Shown: positions 39,280 through 53,452, counted from the whole stretch's first letter. The stretch is 63,112 nt of DNA, filler included, from 6 parts of 6 records of this genome joined end to end with filler, not necessarily neighbours in it, one strand, 5' to 3'. Numbers and translations: made by a program. The notes: generated by a model not told the origin, from the sequence alone.

Positions 39280-40485
39280 ATGTTTCATCTCGATACTTTA
39301 GCAACGCTTGTTGCCGCAACGCTGACGTTGCTGCTCGGGCGTAAGTTGGTCCATTCCGTCTCCTTTTTGAAGAAATACACCATACCGGAACCTGTTGCGG
39401 GTGGTTTGTTGGTGGCGCTGGCGCTACTAGTACTGAAAAAAAGCATGGGCTGGGAAGTCAACTTTGATATGTCCCTGCGCGATCCGTTAATGCTGGCTTT
39501 CTTCGCCACCATTGGCCTGAACGCCAACATTGCCAGTTTGCGTGCCGGTGGGCGTGTGGTTGGCATCTTCTTGATTGTGGTTGTTGGTCTGTTGGTGATG
39601 CAAAATGCCATTGGCATTGGTATGGCTAGCTTGTTAGGGCTTGATCCGCTGATGGGGCTGTTGGCCGGTTCTATTACTCTTTCCGGCGGTCACGGTACGG
39701 GCGCTGCGTGGAGTAAATTGTTCATTGAACGTTATGGCTTCACCAATGCGACGGAAGTGGCGATGGCCTGTGCAACGTTCGGTCTGGTGCTGGGCGGCTT
39801 GATTGGCGGTCCGGTGGCGCGCTATCTGGTGAAACACTCCACCACGCCGAACGGTATTCCGGATGACCAGGAAGTCCCGACGGCGTTTGAAAAGCCGGAT
39901 GTGGGACGCATGATCACCTCGTTGGTGCTGATTGAAACTATCGCGCTGATTGCTATCTGCCTGACGGTGGGGAAAATTGTTGCGCAACTTTTGGCTGGCA
40001 CTGCTTTTGAACTGCCGACCTTCGTCTGTGTACTGTTTGTTGGCGTGATTCTGAGCAACGGTCTGTCAATAATGGGCTTTTACCGCGTCTTTGAGCGTGC
40101 GGTATCCGTGCTGGGTAACGTAAGCTTGTCGTTGTTCCTGGCGATGGCGTTGATGGGGCTGAAACTGTGGGAGCTGGCTTCGCTGGCGCTGCCGATGCTG
40201 GCGATTCTGGTGGTACAGACCATCTTCATGGCGTTGTATGCCATCTTCGTTACCTGGCGCATGATGGGCAAAAACTACGATGCGGCAGTGCTGGCTGCGG
40301 GTCACTGTGGTTTTGGCCTCGGTGCAACGCCAACGGCAATCGCCAACATGCAGGCGATCACTGAACGCTTTGGCCCGTCGCACATGGCGTTTTTGGTGGT
40401 GCCGATGGTCGGTGCGTTCTTTATCGATATCGTCAATGCGCTGGTAATTAAGTTGTATTTGATGTTGCCGATTTTTGCCGGTTAA
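39280..40485 (+). CDS. gltS: Sodium/glutamate symporter
   Basis: 401 aa; GGHGT motif. Confidence 0.97.
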   Translation: MFHLDTLATLVAATLTLLLGRKLVHSVSFLKKYTIPEPVAGGLLVALALLVLKKSMGWEVNFDMSLRDPLMLAFFATIGLNANIASLRAGGRVVGIFLIVVVGLLVMQNAIGIGMASLLGLDPLMGLLAGSITLSGGHGTGAAWSKLFIERYGFTNATEVAMACATFGLVLGGLIGGPVARYLVKHSTTPNGIPDDQEVPTAFEKPDVGRMITSLVLIETIALIAICLTVGKIVAQLLAGTAFELPTFVCVLFVGVILSNGLSIMGFYRVFERAVSVLGNVSLSLFLAMALMGLKLWELASLALPMLAILVVQTIFMALYAIFVTWRMMGKNYDAAVLAAGHCGFGLGATPTAIANMQAITERFGPSHMAFLVVPMVGAFFIDIVNALVIKLYLMLPIFAG

Positions 40486-40526
40486 CCGATGAAGCGGCGG
40501 TAGAAGTGCCGCCGCAACAAAGACAA

Positions 40527-40608
40527 ATGCCTGATACGCTTCGCTTATCAAGCCTGCGTATTGATTCATAATTTATTGAATTTGTAGGGTGATGAATCGC
40601 ATCCGGCA
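40527..40608. repeat. Degenerate REP pair (BIME-like) between gltS and recG
   Basis: ATGCCTGATACGCTTCGCTTATCAAGCCT, AT-rich linker, TGTAGG...GCATCCGGCA. Confidence 0.65.
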
Positions 40609-40653
40609 GGAAGGTAGGGTAACCTGAAATGGCGGTCTTCTCACTGCCGCCTT

Positions 40654-42735
40654 TTACGCATTCGAGTAACGTTCCGTCTCCGGCATCCAGCGTTCTATCA
40701 GGGCTTTTGCCTGTTGTGGGTAACGTTCGTGAATATGGCGTGCCAGGCGCTGAACTTCCGGGATCATCGCCTGATCGCGCAGTAAATCCGCCACTTTAAA
40801 TTCAGCATTACCCGTCTGACGCGTGCCTAACAATTCGCCAGGGCCGCGAATCTCCAGATCTTTTTGCGCAATCACAAAACCGTCGTTACTGTCGCGCAGC
40901 ACTTGCAGGCGAATTTGCACCGTTTTAGAAAGCGGCGTTTTGTAGAGCAGCACGCAGTGAGAAGCCACCGCGCCACGACCTACGCGCCCGCGCAGCTGGT
41001 GTAACTGCGCCAGACCCAGACGCTCCGGGTTTTCGATAATCATCAGACTGGCGTTAGGCACATCAACGCCGACTTCAATAACGGTTGTGGCAACCAGCAG
41101 GTGTAGCTCACCTTGTTTAAACGACGCCATCACCGCCTGTTTCTCGGCAGGTTTCATCCGCCCGTGTACCAGGCCAACGTTCAACTCTGGTAGCGCCAGT
41201 TTCAACTCTTCCCAGGTAGCTTCCGCCGCCTGCGCTTCCAGCAATTCCGACTCTTCAATCAACGTACAAACCCAGTATGCCTGACGACCTTCAGTTATGC
41301 AGGCGTGGTGCACGCGGTCAATGATGTCGGTACGGCGGGTATCAGGAATAGCGACCGTAGTCACTGGCGTGCGGCCTGGCGGCAGCTCATCTATCACCGA
41401 GGTATCGAGATCGGCATACGCAGTCATTGCCAGCGTGCGGGGGATCGGCGTGGCGGTCATGATCAACTGATGCGGATGGAAGCCCTGCTGCTGGCCTTTC
41501 TCCCACAATGCCAGACGCTGATGCACGCCAAAACGATGCTGTTCGTCGATAATCACCAGCGCCAGGCCGTTAAACTGCACCTGTTCCTGGAAGATGGCGT
41601 GTGTACCGACAATCATCTGCACCTGACCGCTGGCGATGGCTTCCTGCTGTGCCAGCCGTGCTTTACCTTTCTGCTTACCGGCGAGCCAGCCCACTTCGAT
41701 ACCGAGCGGTGCAAACCAGTTGCGGAAGTTATTGGCGTGCTGCTCGGCGAGTAATTCGGTTGGTGCCATCAATGCTACCTGTTTGCCGTGGGCAATCGCA
41801 CGCAACGCGGCGAGGGCGGCGACCAGCGTTTTACCGGAACCTACATCGCCCTGCACCAGACGCATCATCGGCACATCCAGCGCCATATCGCGCTCGATCT
41901 CCGCCACTACGCGTGCCTGTGCGCCCGTTGGCTTGAACGGTAAGGCGGCGAGGAGTTTATTTTTCAGCGTGTCATTGGCGCTCAGCGGCTGGGCATGAAA
42001 ACGCTGTGCTCCGGCACGTAAGGCTAACATGCTGAGGTTGTGCGCCAGCAGTTCTTCCAGAATCAGACGACGTTGCGCCGGATGCTGCCCGGTTTCCAGA
42101 TCGCTAAGCTGTAGCGTCGGTGGCGGGCGGTGCAAAGTGCGCAACGCTTCCGGTAGCGTCATCATTCCTTGTGACAGTTCCGGCGGCAGGAGTTCTTCAA
42201 TGGCGCAGGTGTCGAGCAGATCCAGCGCCTGGTCGGTTAATTTACGCAGCGTGGCCTGCTTTACGCCTTCCGTTGTTGGATAAACCGGCGTGAGCGTTTC
42301 CTGTAATTCTGGCGTGCTGAGATCGCCCTGCACGCGGTATTCCGGGTGGATCATCTCCGCACCATATTTACCGCGCTTTGCTTCGCCATAAGCCAGTACA
42401 CGGCGGCCCGCCGCCAGGCTATTTTTCATTGCCGCGCTGAAATTGAAAAAGCGCATGGTGAGGATGCCGGAACCGTCGCTGATCTGGCAGGTCATCATCC
42501 GCCGACCGCCGAAGGAGATATTGCAGTTCAGCACTTCGCCTTCCACCGTGGCATAAACGCCCGGCAGTAGTTCTCCGATGGGGTAGAGATGGGTGCGATC
42601 TTCGTAGCGCAGGGGAAGGTGTAAGAGTAGATCCTGCACGGTATGCAGGTTGATTTTCGCCAGTTTGTTACTAAGTGCTGCGCCAACGCCCGTTAGGGAA
42701 CTGAGTGGGACAGCATCTAACAGGCGACCTTTCAT
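40654..42735 (-). CDS. recG: ATP-dependent DNA helicase RecG
   Basis: GDVGSGKT, DEQH and QLRGRVGR motifs; 693 aa from MKGRLL. Confidence 0.98.
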   Translation of the reverse strand: MKGRLLDAVPLSSLTGVGAALSNKLAKINLHTVQDLLLHLPLRYEDRTHLYPIGELLPGVYATVEGEVLNCNISFGGRRMMTCQISDGSGILTMRFFNFSAAMKNSLAAGRRVLAYGEAKRGKYGAEMIHPEYRVQGDLSTPELQETLTPVYPTTEGVKQATLRKLTDQALDLLDTCAIEELLPPELSQGMMTLPEALRTLHRPPPTLQLSDLETGQHPAQRRLILEELLAHNLSMLALRAGAQRFHAQPLSANDTLKNKLLAALPFKPTGAQARVVAEIERDMALDVPMMRLVQGDVGSGKTLVAALAALRAIAHGKQVALMAPTELLAEQHANNFRNWFAPLGIEVGWLAGKQKGKARLAQQEAIASGQVQMIVGTHAIFQEQVQFNGLALVIIDEQHRFGVHQRLALWEKGQQQGFHPHQLIMTATPIPRTLAMTAYADLDTSVIDELPPGRTPVTTVAIPDTRRTDIIDRVHHACITEGRQAYWVCTLIEESELLEAQAAEATWEELKLALPELNVGLVHGRMKPAEKQAVMASFKQGELHLLVATTVIEVGVDVPNASLMIIENPERLGLAQLHQLRGRVGRGAVASHCVLLYKTPLSKTVQIRLQVLRDSNDGFVIAQKDLEIRGPGELLGTRQTGNAEFKVADLLRDQAMIPEVQRLARHIHERYPQQAKALIERWMPETERYSNA

Positions 42736-42740
42736 GGCAC

Positions 42741-43430
42741 TTACCCTGCAGCCTGCATAGTAGCCCACCAGTCGGCATCAGCTTCGATCTCGCCTTGCTG
42801 ATTGACGTGGGGATAAGGCAGGCCTTTGCGTTTTGCGACTTTCGCCAGCACCGGATAGCCGCCTTCAAACAACAGGCGTTGTTGCTCTGCTTCCGGCAAC
42901 ATGCTGTTTTCACGCAGGTACATGCCTGCATTTTGCCGCTGACGCTGGGCTTCGTAAAGAATGAGGGCTGAGGCAACGGAAACATTCAGCGACTGCACCA
43001 TGCCGATCATCGGAATGATGATGTCCTGATCCGCCAGGGCCAATGCTTCCTGCGTGATGCCCGTTTTCTCCTGTCCCATCAAAATGCAGGTCGGGCGAGT
43101 GTAATCAATTTCGCGGAAATCGACAGCGTTATCAGAAAGATGGGTTGCCAGAATCTGCATGCCCTGGCCTTTGAGATGAGCGACGGCATCGCCAATGGTG
43201 CGGTGTGTTTTCACCTGTACCCAGCTGTTACTACCCGCCGCTGCCGAAGCCATGGTGCGCATGCGGCTACCAGGCCAGACGGCGTGAACTTCATGTACGC
43301 CAACGGCATCTGCGGTACGAATAATCGCAGAAACGTTATGAGGTTTGTGGACCTGCTCCATGCAGACGGTCAGATCAGGCTGCCGCCTGGCGAGCATTTC
43401 GCAGATGCGTGCATAACGTGTTGGGTTCAT
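42741..43430 (-). CDS. trmH: tRNA Gm18 2'-O-methyltransferase
   Basis: SpoU motifs HNVSAIIRT and SLNVSVA. Confidence 0.97.
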   Translation of the reverse strand: MNPTRYARICEMLARRQPDLTVCMEQVHKPHNVSAIIRTADAVGVHEVHAVWPGSRMRTMASAAAGSNSWVQVKTHRTIGDAVAHLKGQGMQILATHLSDNAVDFREIDYTRPTCILMGQEKTGITQEALALADQDIIIPMIGMVQSLNVSVASALILYEAQRQRQNAGMYLRENSMLPEAEQQRLLFEGGYPVLAKVAKRKGLPYPHVNQQGEIEADADWWATMQAAG

Positions 43431-43436
43431 AAAACA

Positions 43437-45545
43437 TTAATTTCGGTTTCGGGTGACTTTAATCACGTCTGGCATCACGCGGATTTTGCGCATGATATTC
43501 GCCAGATGCACACGGTCACGAGCGGTCAGACGAATAAAGGCGCTGTAGACGCGACCATCTTTCTCTTCCGTATTCAAACTTTGAATATTCGAAGTCGTGG
43601 TGTTAATTGCCGCCGTCAGGTTTGCCAGCGCACCCTGATGATTGAACATCTCCACCTTGATTTCGGTGATGAACTCCTGCGCCGTCTCTTTATCCCATTC
43701 CACAGCCATAAACTTCTCTGGCTCTTTCTGGTAGCCACGGATATTACGGCAGGATTCATGGTGGATCACCAGACCTTTACCGGGGCTGACGTGGGCGATA
43801 ATCGGGTCGCCAGGAATAGGGCGGCAGCATTTCGCAAAGGTGATCAGCACGCCATCGGCACCTTTAATGGGCAGATGTCCGTGGCTTTGGGTTGCCGGTG
43901 GAATGGAGGCGTCCCCATGTTGCAGATTTTTCGCGACCACCACGCTCATTGCGTTACCAAGTCCGATTTCTGCCAGCAGATCGTCAAGCGTTGCCAGCTT
44001 CATGCGATCCAGCTCGCGCTGAATATTTTCCTGCGGGATTTCATTCAGCTTACGGCTACCACCCAAAGCATGGTTGAGCAGACGACGGCCCAGGCTTACA
44101 GAATCATCACGCTTGAGGTTTTTCAGCAACTGACGAATTTTGGCGCGCGCTTTCGAGCTAACGACAAAGTTCAGCCAAGCGGCATTCGGGCGAGCGCCCG
44201 GAGCGGTAATGATTTCAACGGTTTGACCGCTGGTAAGCGGCTGCGACAGCGGGTAAGGCTGGCGGTCAACGCGTGCGCCCACGCAGGCATGACCGATATC
44301 GGTATGCACTGCATAAGCGAAGTCGACGGGCGTTGCACCGGCAGGCAGCTCGACAATGCGCCCTTCCGGTGTGAAAACGTAAATCTCATCCGGGAAGAGA
44401 TCGGATTTAACGCTCTCGATAAATTCAAACGAACTACCGGCGCTCTGTTGCAGCTCCAGCAGGCTTTGCATCCAGCGCTGGGCGCGGATTTGTGCGGTAG
44501 TACTGGTTTCGCCGTGCTCTTTATAAGCCCAGTGCGCGGCAACACCCATCTCCGCCATCTGGTCCATATCTTCGGTACGGATCTGGACCTCAACCGGCAC
44601 ACCGTGCGGGCCGATCATCGAGGTGTGCAAAGACTGATAGCCGTTCGCTTTTGGAATGGCGATATAGTCTTTCACGCGGCCCGGACGCGGCTTGTACAGG
44701 CTGTGCATCTGGCCCAGCACGCGATAACAGGTGTCAGAATCATTGACGATCACGCGGAAAGCGTAGATGTCCATGATCGAGTGAAAACGCTGCTCTTTGA
44801 GCACCATTTTGCAGTAAATCGAATAAAGATGCTTCTCGCGACCACTGACGCGGCACGGTATTCCCGCTTCCTGCAAACGCCCTTCGATTTCAGAAAGAAT
44901 CTTCTGGATCATCTCTTTACGGTTGCCGCGCGCGGCTTTCACCACTTCTTTGATTACGCGATAACGGTTGGGATACAGCGCCTCAAAACCCAGCTCTTCG
45001 AGTTCGGTTTTAATGTGGTGGATACCTAAACGGTGCGCCAGCGGGCTATAAATTTCGAGAGTTTCACGGGCGATGCGGCGACGTTTGTCCGGGCGAAGTG
45101 AGCCCAGCGTGCGCATGTTGTGGGTACGGTCGGCAAGTTTGATGAGGATGACGCGGATATCCTGCACCATCGCCATAATCATCTTGCGAAAGTTTTCGGC
45201 CTGCGCCTCTTTCTTATCGCGGAACTTGAGTTTATCAAGTTTCGACACCCCCTCTACCAGCTCGGCGACGCTTTTACCAAAAAGCTGTTCCATATCCTGG
45301 TAGGTGGCGGGAGTATCTTCAATCACGTCATGCAGCAGCGCCGCCATCAGCGTTTCATAGTCGAGTTTCATCTCGGCCAGAATGCAGGCAACCGCTACCG
45401 GGTGCGTGATATAGGGTTCACCGCTTGAACGTGTTTGCCCCTCGTGAGCATCACGTGCAACGAGATACGCCTGCCGCAGACGCTTGATTTGGTCTTCCGG
45501 CAGGTAGGTTTGAATCAGTTGATTCAGGCTTTCAAACAGATACAA
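43437..45545 (-). CDS. spoT: (p)ppGpp synthetase/hydrolase
   Basis: 702 aa; HD hydrolase, synthetase, TGS and ACT domains. Confidence 0.99.
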   Translation of the reverse strand: MYLFESLNQLIQTYLPEDQIKRLRQAYLVARDAHEGQTRSSGEPYITHPVAVACILAEMKLDYETLMAALLHDVIEDTPATYQDMEQLFGKSVAELVEGVSKLDKLKFRDKKEAQAENFRKMIMAMVQDIRVILIKLADRTHNMRTLGSLRPDKRRRIARETLEIYSPLAHRLGIHHIKTELEELGFEALYPNRYRVIKEVVKAARGNRKEMIQKILSEIEGRLQEAGIPCRVSGREKHLYSIYCKMVLKEQRFHSIMDIYAFRVIVNDSDTCYRVLGQMHSLYKPRPGRVKDYIAIPKANGYQSLHTSMIGPHGVPVEVQIRTEDMDQMAEMGVAAHWAYKEHGETSTTAQIRAQRWMQSLLELQQSAGSSFEFIESVKSDLFPDEIYVFTPEGRIVELPAGATPVDFAYAVHTDIGHACVGARVDRQPYPLSQPLTSGQTVEIITAPGARPNAAWLNFVVSSKARAKIRQLLKNLKRDDSVSLGRRLLNHALGGSRKLNEIPQENIQRELDRMKLATLDDLLAEIGLGNAMSVVVAKNLQHGDASIPPATQSHGHLPIKGADGVLITFAKCCRPIPGDPIIAHVSPGKGLVIHHESCRNIRGYQKEPEKFMAVEWDKETAQEFITEIKVEMFNHQGALANLTAAINTTTSNIQSLNTEEKDGRVYSAFIRLTARDRVHLANIMRKIRVMPDVIKVTRNRN

Positions 45546-45563
45546 GGGCGACCCGCTTTGTGA

Positions 45564-45839
45564 TTAACGACGACCTTCAGCAATAGCGGTAACGGCTTGT
45601 AATTCAGCGGCTTCCTGCTCTTGCTGTTCCTGGCGTTCGCGAACGTCGAGGATCTGGTTGTTGATCAGACCTTCTTCGATTTCGCGCAGCGCGATTACAG
45701 TGGTTTTATCGTTTTCTTCCGGTACCAGCGGATCCTTTCCGCCTACCTGCATCTGACGAGCGCGACGCGCGGCGACCAGTACCAGGTCAAAACGGTTACC
45801 AATTTTCTCTACAGCGTCCTGAACAGTTACGCGTGCCAT
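45564..45839 (-). CDS. rpoZ: RNA polymerase omega subunit
   Basis: [19 protein letters not shown]. Confidence 0.99.
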
Positions 45840-45893
45840 ACTTAAAAAGCTCCACAGGTGAAGAAATGACTGGGCATGATACTGAAATCAGGT

Positions 45894-49071
<3,178 letters not shown>

Positions 49072-49360
49072 GGTTCTCTCCCTAAAAATCTGTCTGGCAG
49101 GGTAGCGATTTGTGCGCATTGTCACGATTGAGATTTTTTAAGGGGAGGGGAAATTGATAACTTGTAGTTATGTGAAATCGCTATTTTCTGTAGCAGAGAT
49201 GCATTCTTCTGACTTCTTGTCTGAGAAAATGCATAAGAAAAAATAGGTTAAAACTGAGGGGGAAAAGAAAGGTGCAATATTTAGCCATTGTGTTCACTGC
49301 ACCTGGACCTTGGCTTACGCATCGGGTGTCTCAATCAACAAAAAGAGTTTTTAGTTTCTG

Positions 49361-50185
49361 CTATTTCTTCTCTGTAATTTTTACACTGTTTTCCAACTGC
49401 TTGATGCTGACCTGCGGGGTCGGCAACTCCTCAGGCATGGTTCCGCCAAGTTCCTGAATGGTTTGCCTCACCTTGCGACCCACGTCAAAGTGTGTGGTGT
49501 TTGCTTGCTGTTTTGAATTCACGCCATCCCGCTTGAGTTTTTCTTCTGTTTGGGTAGCTCGAAAGAGATTAGCCGCCAGTTCTGTTGAACCCATATGATC
49601 CAGGATCTTCTGATTCTTTTTCAGCCCCTTCCGCTGATGAATAGCTTTCTGATCTAATCCACCATACAGCCCCTGGTAACCATGATTCTGAAATATGGCG
49701 AAATCAGTAGCTGTCGCTACCCCAGCTTGCTGTGCTGCCTCAACCAATTGTTTGTTATGTTCTTTCAACTCATTTCTCAGAAACAGACGCTTTTCGTCTT
49801 CACGAAGTTGCTTAAATGCTTCATCGTCAGCAAGCTCCTGCCGTCGGGTCTGGATAGCAAAATAAGTCTGCCCTGCCGCAATGACCGGTTTCGCAGGGTC
49901 GCCGTTTTGTACTACCAGGTAACAGGCATAGCGGGAGAGTACGATGTCTTTTAATGCTCTTTTGGCATTTGAGCCAATTTTGACCATATCGAGGATCTCC
50001 TCGAAATGGTCATCAATTGTGTGACCACTGTTCTCACAGGCTTCTTTGGCGCGCGTTAATACAGGTATAAAGTGACGATACTCTGAATAACCCAGTAGTT
50101 TCCCAAGTTGTCTTGCTGACCATTGTTCTGCTCCGTTTGCATTAATCAGTTTTATCTCTTCAAAAGGTTGATGATGTTCGTTCAT
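49361..50185 (-). CDS. dinD: DNA damage-inducible protein D
   Basis: WSARQL...LSRYACYL (Bro-N-like); upstream SOS box. Confidence 0.96.
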   Translation of the reverse strand: MNEHHQPFEEIKLINANGAEQWSARQLGKLLGYSEYRHFIPVLTRAKEACENSGHTIDDHFEEILDMVKIGSNAKRALKDIVLSRYACYLVVQNGDPAKPVIAAGQTYFAIQTRRQELADDEAFKQLREDEKRLFLRNELKEHNKQLVEAAQQAGVATATDFAIFQNHGYQGLYGGLDQKAIHQRKGLKKNQKILDHMGSTELAANLFRATQTEEKLKRDGVNSKQQANTTHFDVGRKVRQTIQELGGTMPEELPTPQVSIKQLENSVKITEKK

Positions 50186-50228
50186 TGCCCACTCCATGTG
50201 ATATCAATTGCAAAGAAAGTAAATCTGT

Positions 50229-50248
50229 AACTGTATTTATATACAGTT
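50229..50248. promoter_or_regulatory. LexA (SOS) box of dinD
   Basis: AACTGTATTTATATACAGTT fits CTG-N10-CAG. Confidence 0.93.
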
Positions 50249-50405
50249 GTGAGTATCTCACGTTCTCAGTGTGCTGGGCAAAAAAACATCGCAAAATCTG
50301 GAGCAGGCACGCAAAACAGAATTGAATGTTGCGGGGAAGAAAAATGCCGCTCTGTTTGAGTGGCGGCATTTGTGAAGGCGGAAAAGTAAGAATTGGCGTT
50401 ACGAG

Positions 50406-51269
50406 TTATTCGATGTTCTGAATCTGCTCGCGCATCTGCTCAATCAACACTTTCAGCTCGATGGCGGAGTTTGTCACTTCGGCATTGATAGACTTCGACG
50501 CAAGAGTGTTCGACTCGCGGTTGAACTCCTGCATCATAAAATCCAGACGACGACCAACCGCTTCTTTTTTCTTCAGAATGTTGTAGGTCTCTTTGACATG
50601 CGCTTCGAGGCGATCCAGTTCTTCGGCAACGTCAATTCGTTGTGCCAGCAGAACCAGTTCCTGCTCCAGACGGTTGTTTTCCAGTTGCACCTGAGCATCT
50701 TCCAGCTTCGCGACCAGACGCTCACGCTGCCATTGCAGGATTTCCGGCATATGGGAGCGGACTTTGACCACTTCGGCGGTGACGCCTTCCAGACGCTGCT
50801 CGATCAATGCTTTCAGTGCCTGACCTTCGGTTTCGCGCGCGACAATAAAGTCGTCCAGCGTACCATCCAGCGCCGCGAGAATTTCAGCGGCAATGGCGTC
50901 AAGATCCTGCTCCTGGGCTGCCATCACGCCCGGCCAGCGTAGAATATCAACCGGGTTGATTTCCCCTTCGTCACTCTGCATTTTTACCCAGTTCGCGGCA
51001 GTTACCAGCTGTTTAGCCAGTTTTTCGTTGAGGATCAGCTCACCTTGCGCGCTAACATCTGGCTCATAGCGCAGGGTACATTCCACTTTACCGCGCGTCA
51101 GGCGAGAACGAATACGCTCGCGAACGACAGGTTCAAGGCTACGGAACTGCTCCGGCAGACGAAAGTAAGTTTCCAGATAACGCTGGTTTACCGAGCGCAT
51201 TTCCCAGGTTGCGCTCCCCCATTCACCCTTGATTTCACGCCGGGCGTAGGCGGTCATACTGCGGATCAT
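50406..51269 (-). CDS. yicC: YicC/YloC family endoribonuclease
   Basis: MIRSMTAY...QEFNRESNT...REQIQNIE. Confidence 0.96.
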   Translation of the reverse strand: MIRSMTAYARREIKGEWGSATWEMRSVNQRYLETYFRLPEQFRSLEPVVRERIRSRLTRGKVECTLRYEPDVSAQGELILNEKLAKQLVTAANWVKMQSDEGEINPVDILRWPGVMAAQEQDLDAIAAEILAALDGTLDDFIVARETEGQALKALIEQRLEGVTAEVVKVRSHMPEILQWQRERLVAKLEDAQVQLENNRLEQELVLLAQRIDVAEELDRLEAHVKETYNILKKKEAVGRRLDFMMQEFNRESNTLASKSINAEVTNSAIELKVLIEQMREQIQNIE

Positions 51270-51395
51270 AGACGTTCCTGTTTATAAAAGGAGAGGTGGA
51301 AGGATTATAGCCATCGATGCCTTGTCAGGATAGGAATAACCGCCGGAAGTCCGTATAATGCGCAGCCACATTTGTTTCAAGCCGGAGATTTCAAT

Positions 51396-52112
51396 ATGCG
51401 TCCAGCAGGCCGTAGCAATAATCAGGTGCGTCCCGTTACCCTGACTCGTAACTATACAAAACATGCAGAAGGCTCGGTGCTGGTCGAATTTGGCGATACC
51501 AAAGTGTTGTGTACCGCCTCTATTGAAGAAGGCGTGCCGCGCTTCCTGAAAGGTCAGGGCCAGGGCTGGATCACCGCAGAGTACGGCATGCTGCCACGTT
51601 CTACCCACACCCGTAACGCTCGTGAAGCGGCGAAAGGTAAGCAGGGTGGACGCACAATGGAAATCCAGCGTCTGATCGCCCGTGCTCTTCGCGCGGCAGT
51701 AGATTTGAAAGCGCTGGGTGAGTTCACCATTACGCTGGACTGCGACGTGCTTCAGGCTGATGGTGGCACGCGTACCGCGTCGATTACGGGTGCCTGCGTG
51801 GCGCTGGTAGATGCGCTACAGAAGCTGGTGGAAAACGGCAAGCTGAAAACCAATCCGATGAAAGGGATGGTAGCCGCAGTTTCTGTCGGAATTGTGAACG
51901 GCGAAGCGGTTTGCGATCTGGAATACGTTGAAGACTCTGCCGCAGAGACCGACATGAACGTAGTGATGACCGAAGACGGGCGCATCATTGAAGTGCAGGG
52001 GACGGCAGAAGGCGAGCCGTTCACCCATGAAGAGCTACTCATCTTGTTGGCTCTGGCCCGAGGGGGAATCGAATCCATTGTAGCGACGCAGAAGGCGGCG
52101 CTGGCAAACTGA
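51396..52112 (+). CDS. rph: RNase PH, full length (238 aa)
   Basis: [10 protein letters not shown] motif; ends [16 protein letters not shown]. Confidence 0.97.
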   Translation: MRPAGRSNNQVRPVTLTRNYTKHAEGSVLVEFGDTKVLCTASIEEGVPRFLKGQGQGWITAEYGMLPRSTHTRNAREAAKGKQGGRTMEIQRLIARALRAAVDLKALGEFTITLDCDVLQADGGTRTASITGACVALVDALQKLVENGKLKTNPMKGMVAAVSVGIVNGEAVCDLEYVEDSAAETDMNVVMTEDGRIIEVQGTAEGEPFTHEELLILLALARGGIESIVATQKAALAN

Positions 52113-52117
52113 TTTTT

Positions 52118-52145
52118 AAGGCGACTGATGAGTCGCCTTTTTTTT
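52118..52145 (+). terminator. pyrE attenuator
   Basis: AAGGCGACT-GATG-AGTCGCCTTTTTTTT between rph and pyrE. Confidence 0.92.
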
Positions 52146-52177
52146 GTCTGTAGAAAAGTAAGATGAGGAGCGAAGGC

Positions 52178-52819
52178 ATGAAACCATATCAGCGCCAGTT
52201 TATTGAATTTGCGCTTAGCAAGCAGGTGTTAAAGTTTGGCGAGTTTACGCTGAAATCCGGGCGCAAAAGCCCCTATTTCTTCAACGCCGGGCTGTTTAAT
52301 ACCGGGCGCGATCTGGCACTGTTAGGCCGTTTTTACGCTGAAGCGTTGGTGGATTCCGGCATTGAGTTCGATCTGCTGTTTGGCCCTGCTTACAAAGGGA
52401 TCCCGATTGCCACCACAACCGCTGTGGCACTGGCGGAGCATCACGACCTGGACCTGCCGTACTGCTTTAACCGCAAAGAAGCAAAAGACCACGGTGAAGG
52501 CGGCAATCTGGTTGGTAGCGCGTTACAAGGACGCGTAATGCTGGTAGATGATGTGATCACCGCCGGAACGGCGATTCGCGAGTCGATGGAGATTATTCAG
52601 GCCAATGGCGCGACGCTTGCTGGCGTGTTGATTTCGCTCGATCGTCAGGAACGCGGGCGCGGCGAGATTTCGGCGATTCAGGAAGTTGAGCGTGATTACA
52701 ACTGCAAAGTGATCTCTATCATCACCCTGAAAGACCTGATTGCTTACCTGGAAGAGAAGCCGGAAATGGCGGAACATCTGGCGGCGGTTAAGGCCTATCG
52801 CGAAGAGTTTGGCGTTTAA
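52178..52819 (+). CDS. pyrE: Orotate phosphoribosyltransferase
   Basis: [10 protein letters not shown] and VDDVITAGT motifs. Confidence 0.99.
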
Positions 52820-52826
52820 AGAAACT

Positions 52827-52850
52827 CGCCGGATGAAAAGTCATCCGGCG
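52827..52850. terminator. REP-like hairpin between convergent pyrE and slmA
   Basis: CGCCGGATGA-AAAG-TCATCCGGCG. Confidence 0.65.
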
Positions 52851-52855
52851 TCATA

Positions 52856-53452
52856 TTACTGCAACTGTGCCGCAATTAGCGGCCAGCGGGCGTCAAAATC
52901 ATCCGTCGGGCGGTATTTAAATTCGCTGCGGACAAAACGTGACAGCATACCTTCACAGAAGGCCAGGATCTGGCTTGCCAGCAGGGTTTCATCGGTGGTG
53001 TAACCTTCACCCTCACGCATTCTCTTTTCACGCAATACCTGGCGCAGCTGCGCTTCAATACGCTCGAACAGCTGGTTGATGCGCCCTTGCAGGCGATCCT
53101 GTTCAAACATTAGCGCATGACCAGTGAGGATGCGGGTCAGGCCAGGATTACGCTCACCAAAACCGAGAAGCAGCAACACAATCAGACGCAGGCGCGCTGT
53201 GGTGTCTTTCTCATCTTTCAGAATCAGGTTGATGCGAGTAATCAGGCTATCTTCGATAAACTCAATCAGGCTATCGAACATGCGGGTCTTACTGGGGAAG
53301 TGGCGATACAGTGCCGCTTCGGAAACGCCGACAGAGGCGGCCAGTTTTGCCGTCGTGATACGTTGGCTTCCATCGCTGGATTCCAGCATCAGCGCCAGAG
53401 ACTGAAGTATTTCCTCGCGACGGTTCCTTTTCGCAGTTTGTTTTTCTGCCAT
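52856..53452 (-). CDS. slmA: Nucleoid occlusion factor (TetR family)
   Basis: [31 protein letters not shown]. Confidence 0.97.

Noticed and set aside
43140-45029. 629-aa ORF antisense to spoT/trmH
   Set aside because: Shadow frame of a conserved gene with no recognisable motifs; same for other antisense ORFs such as 4567-5277 and 22636-23295
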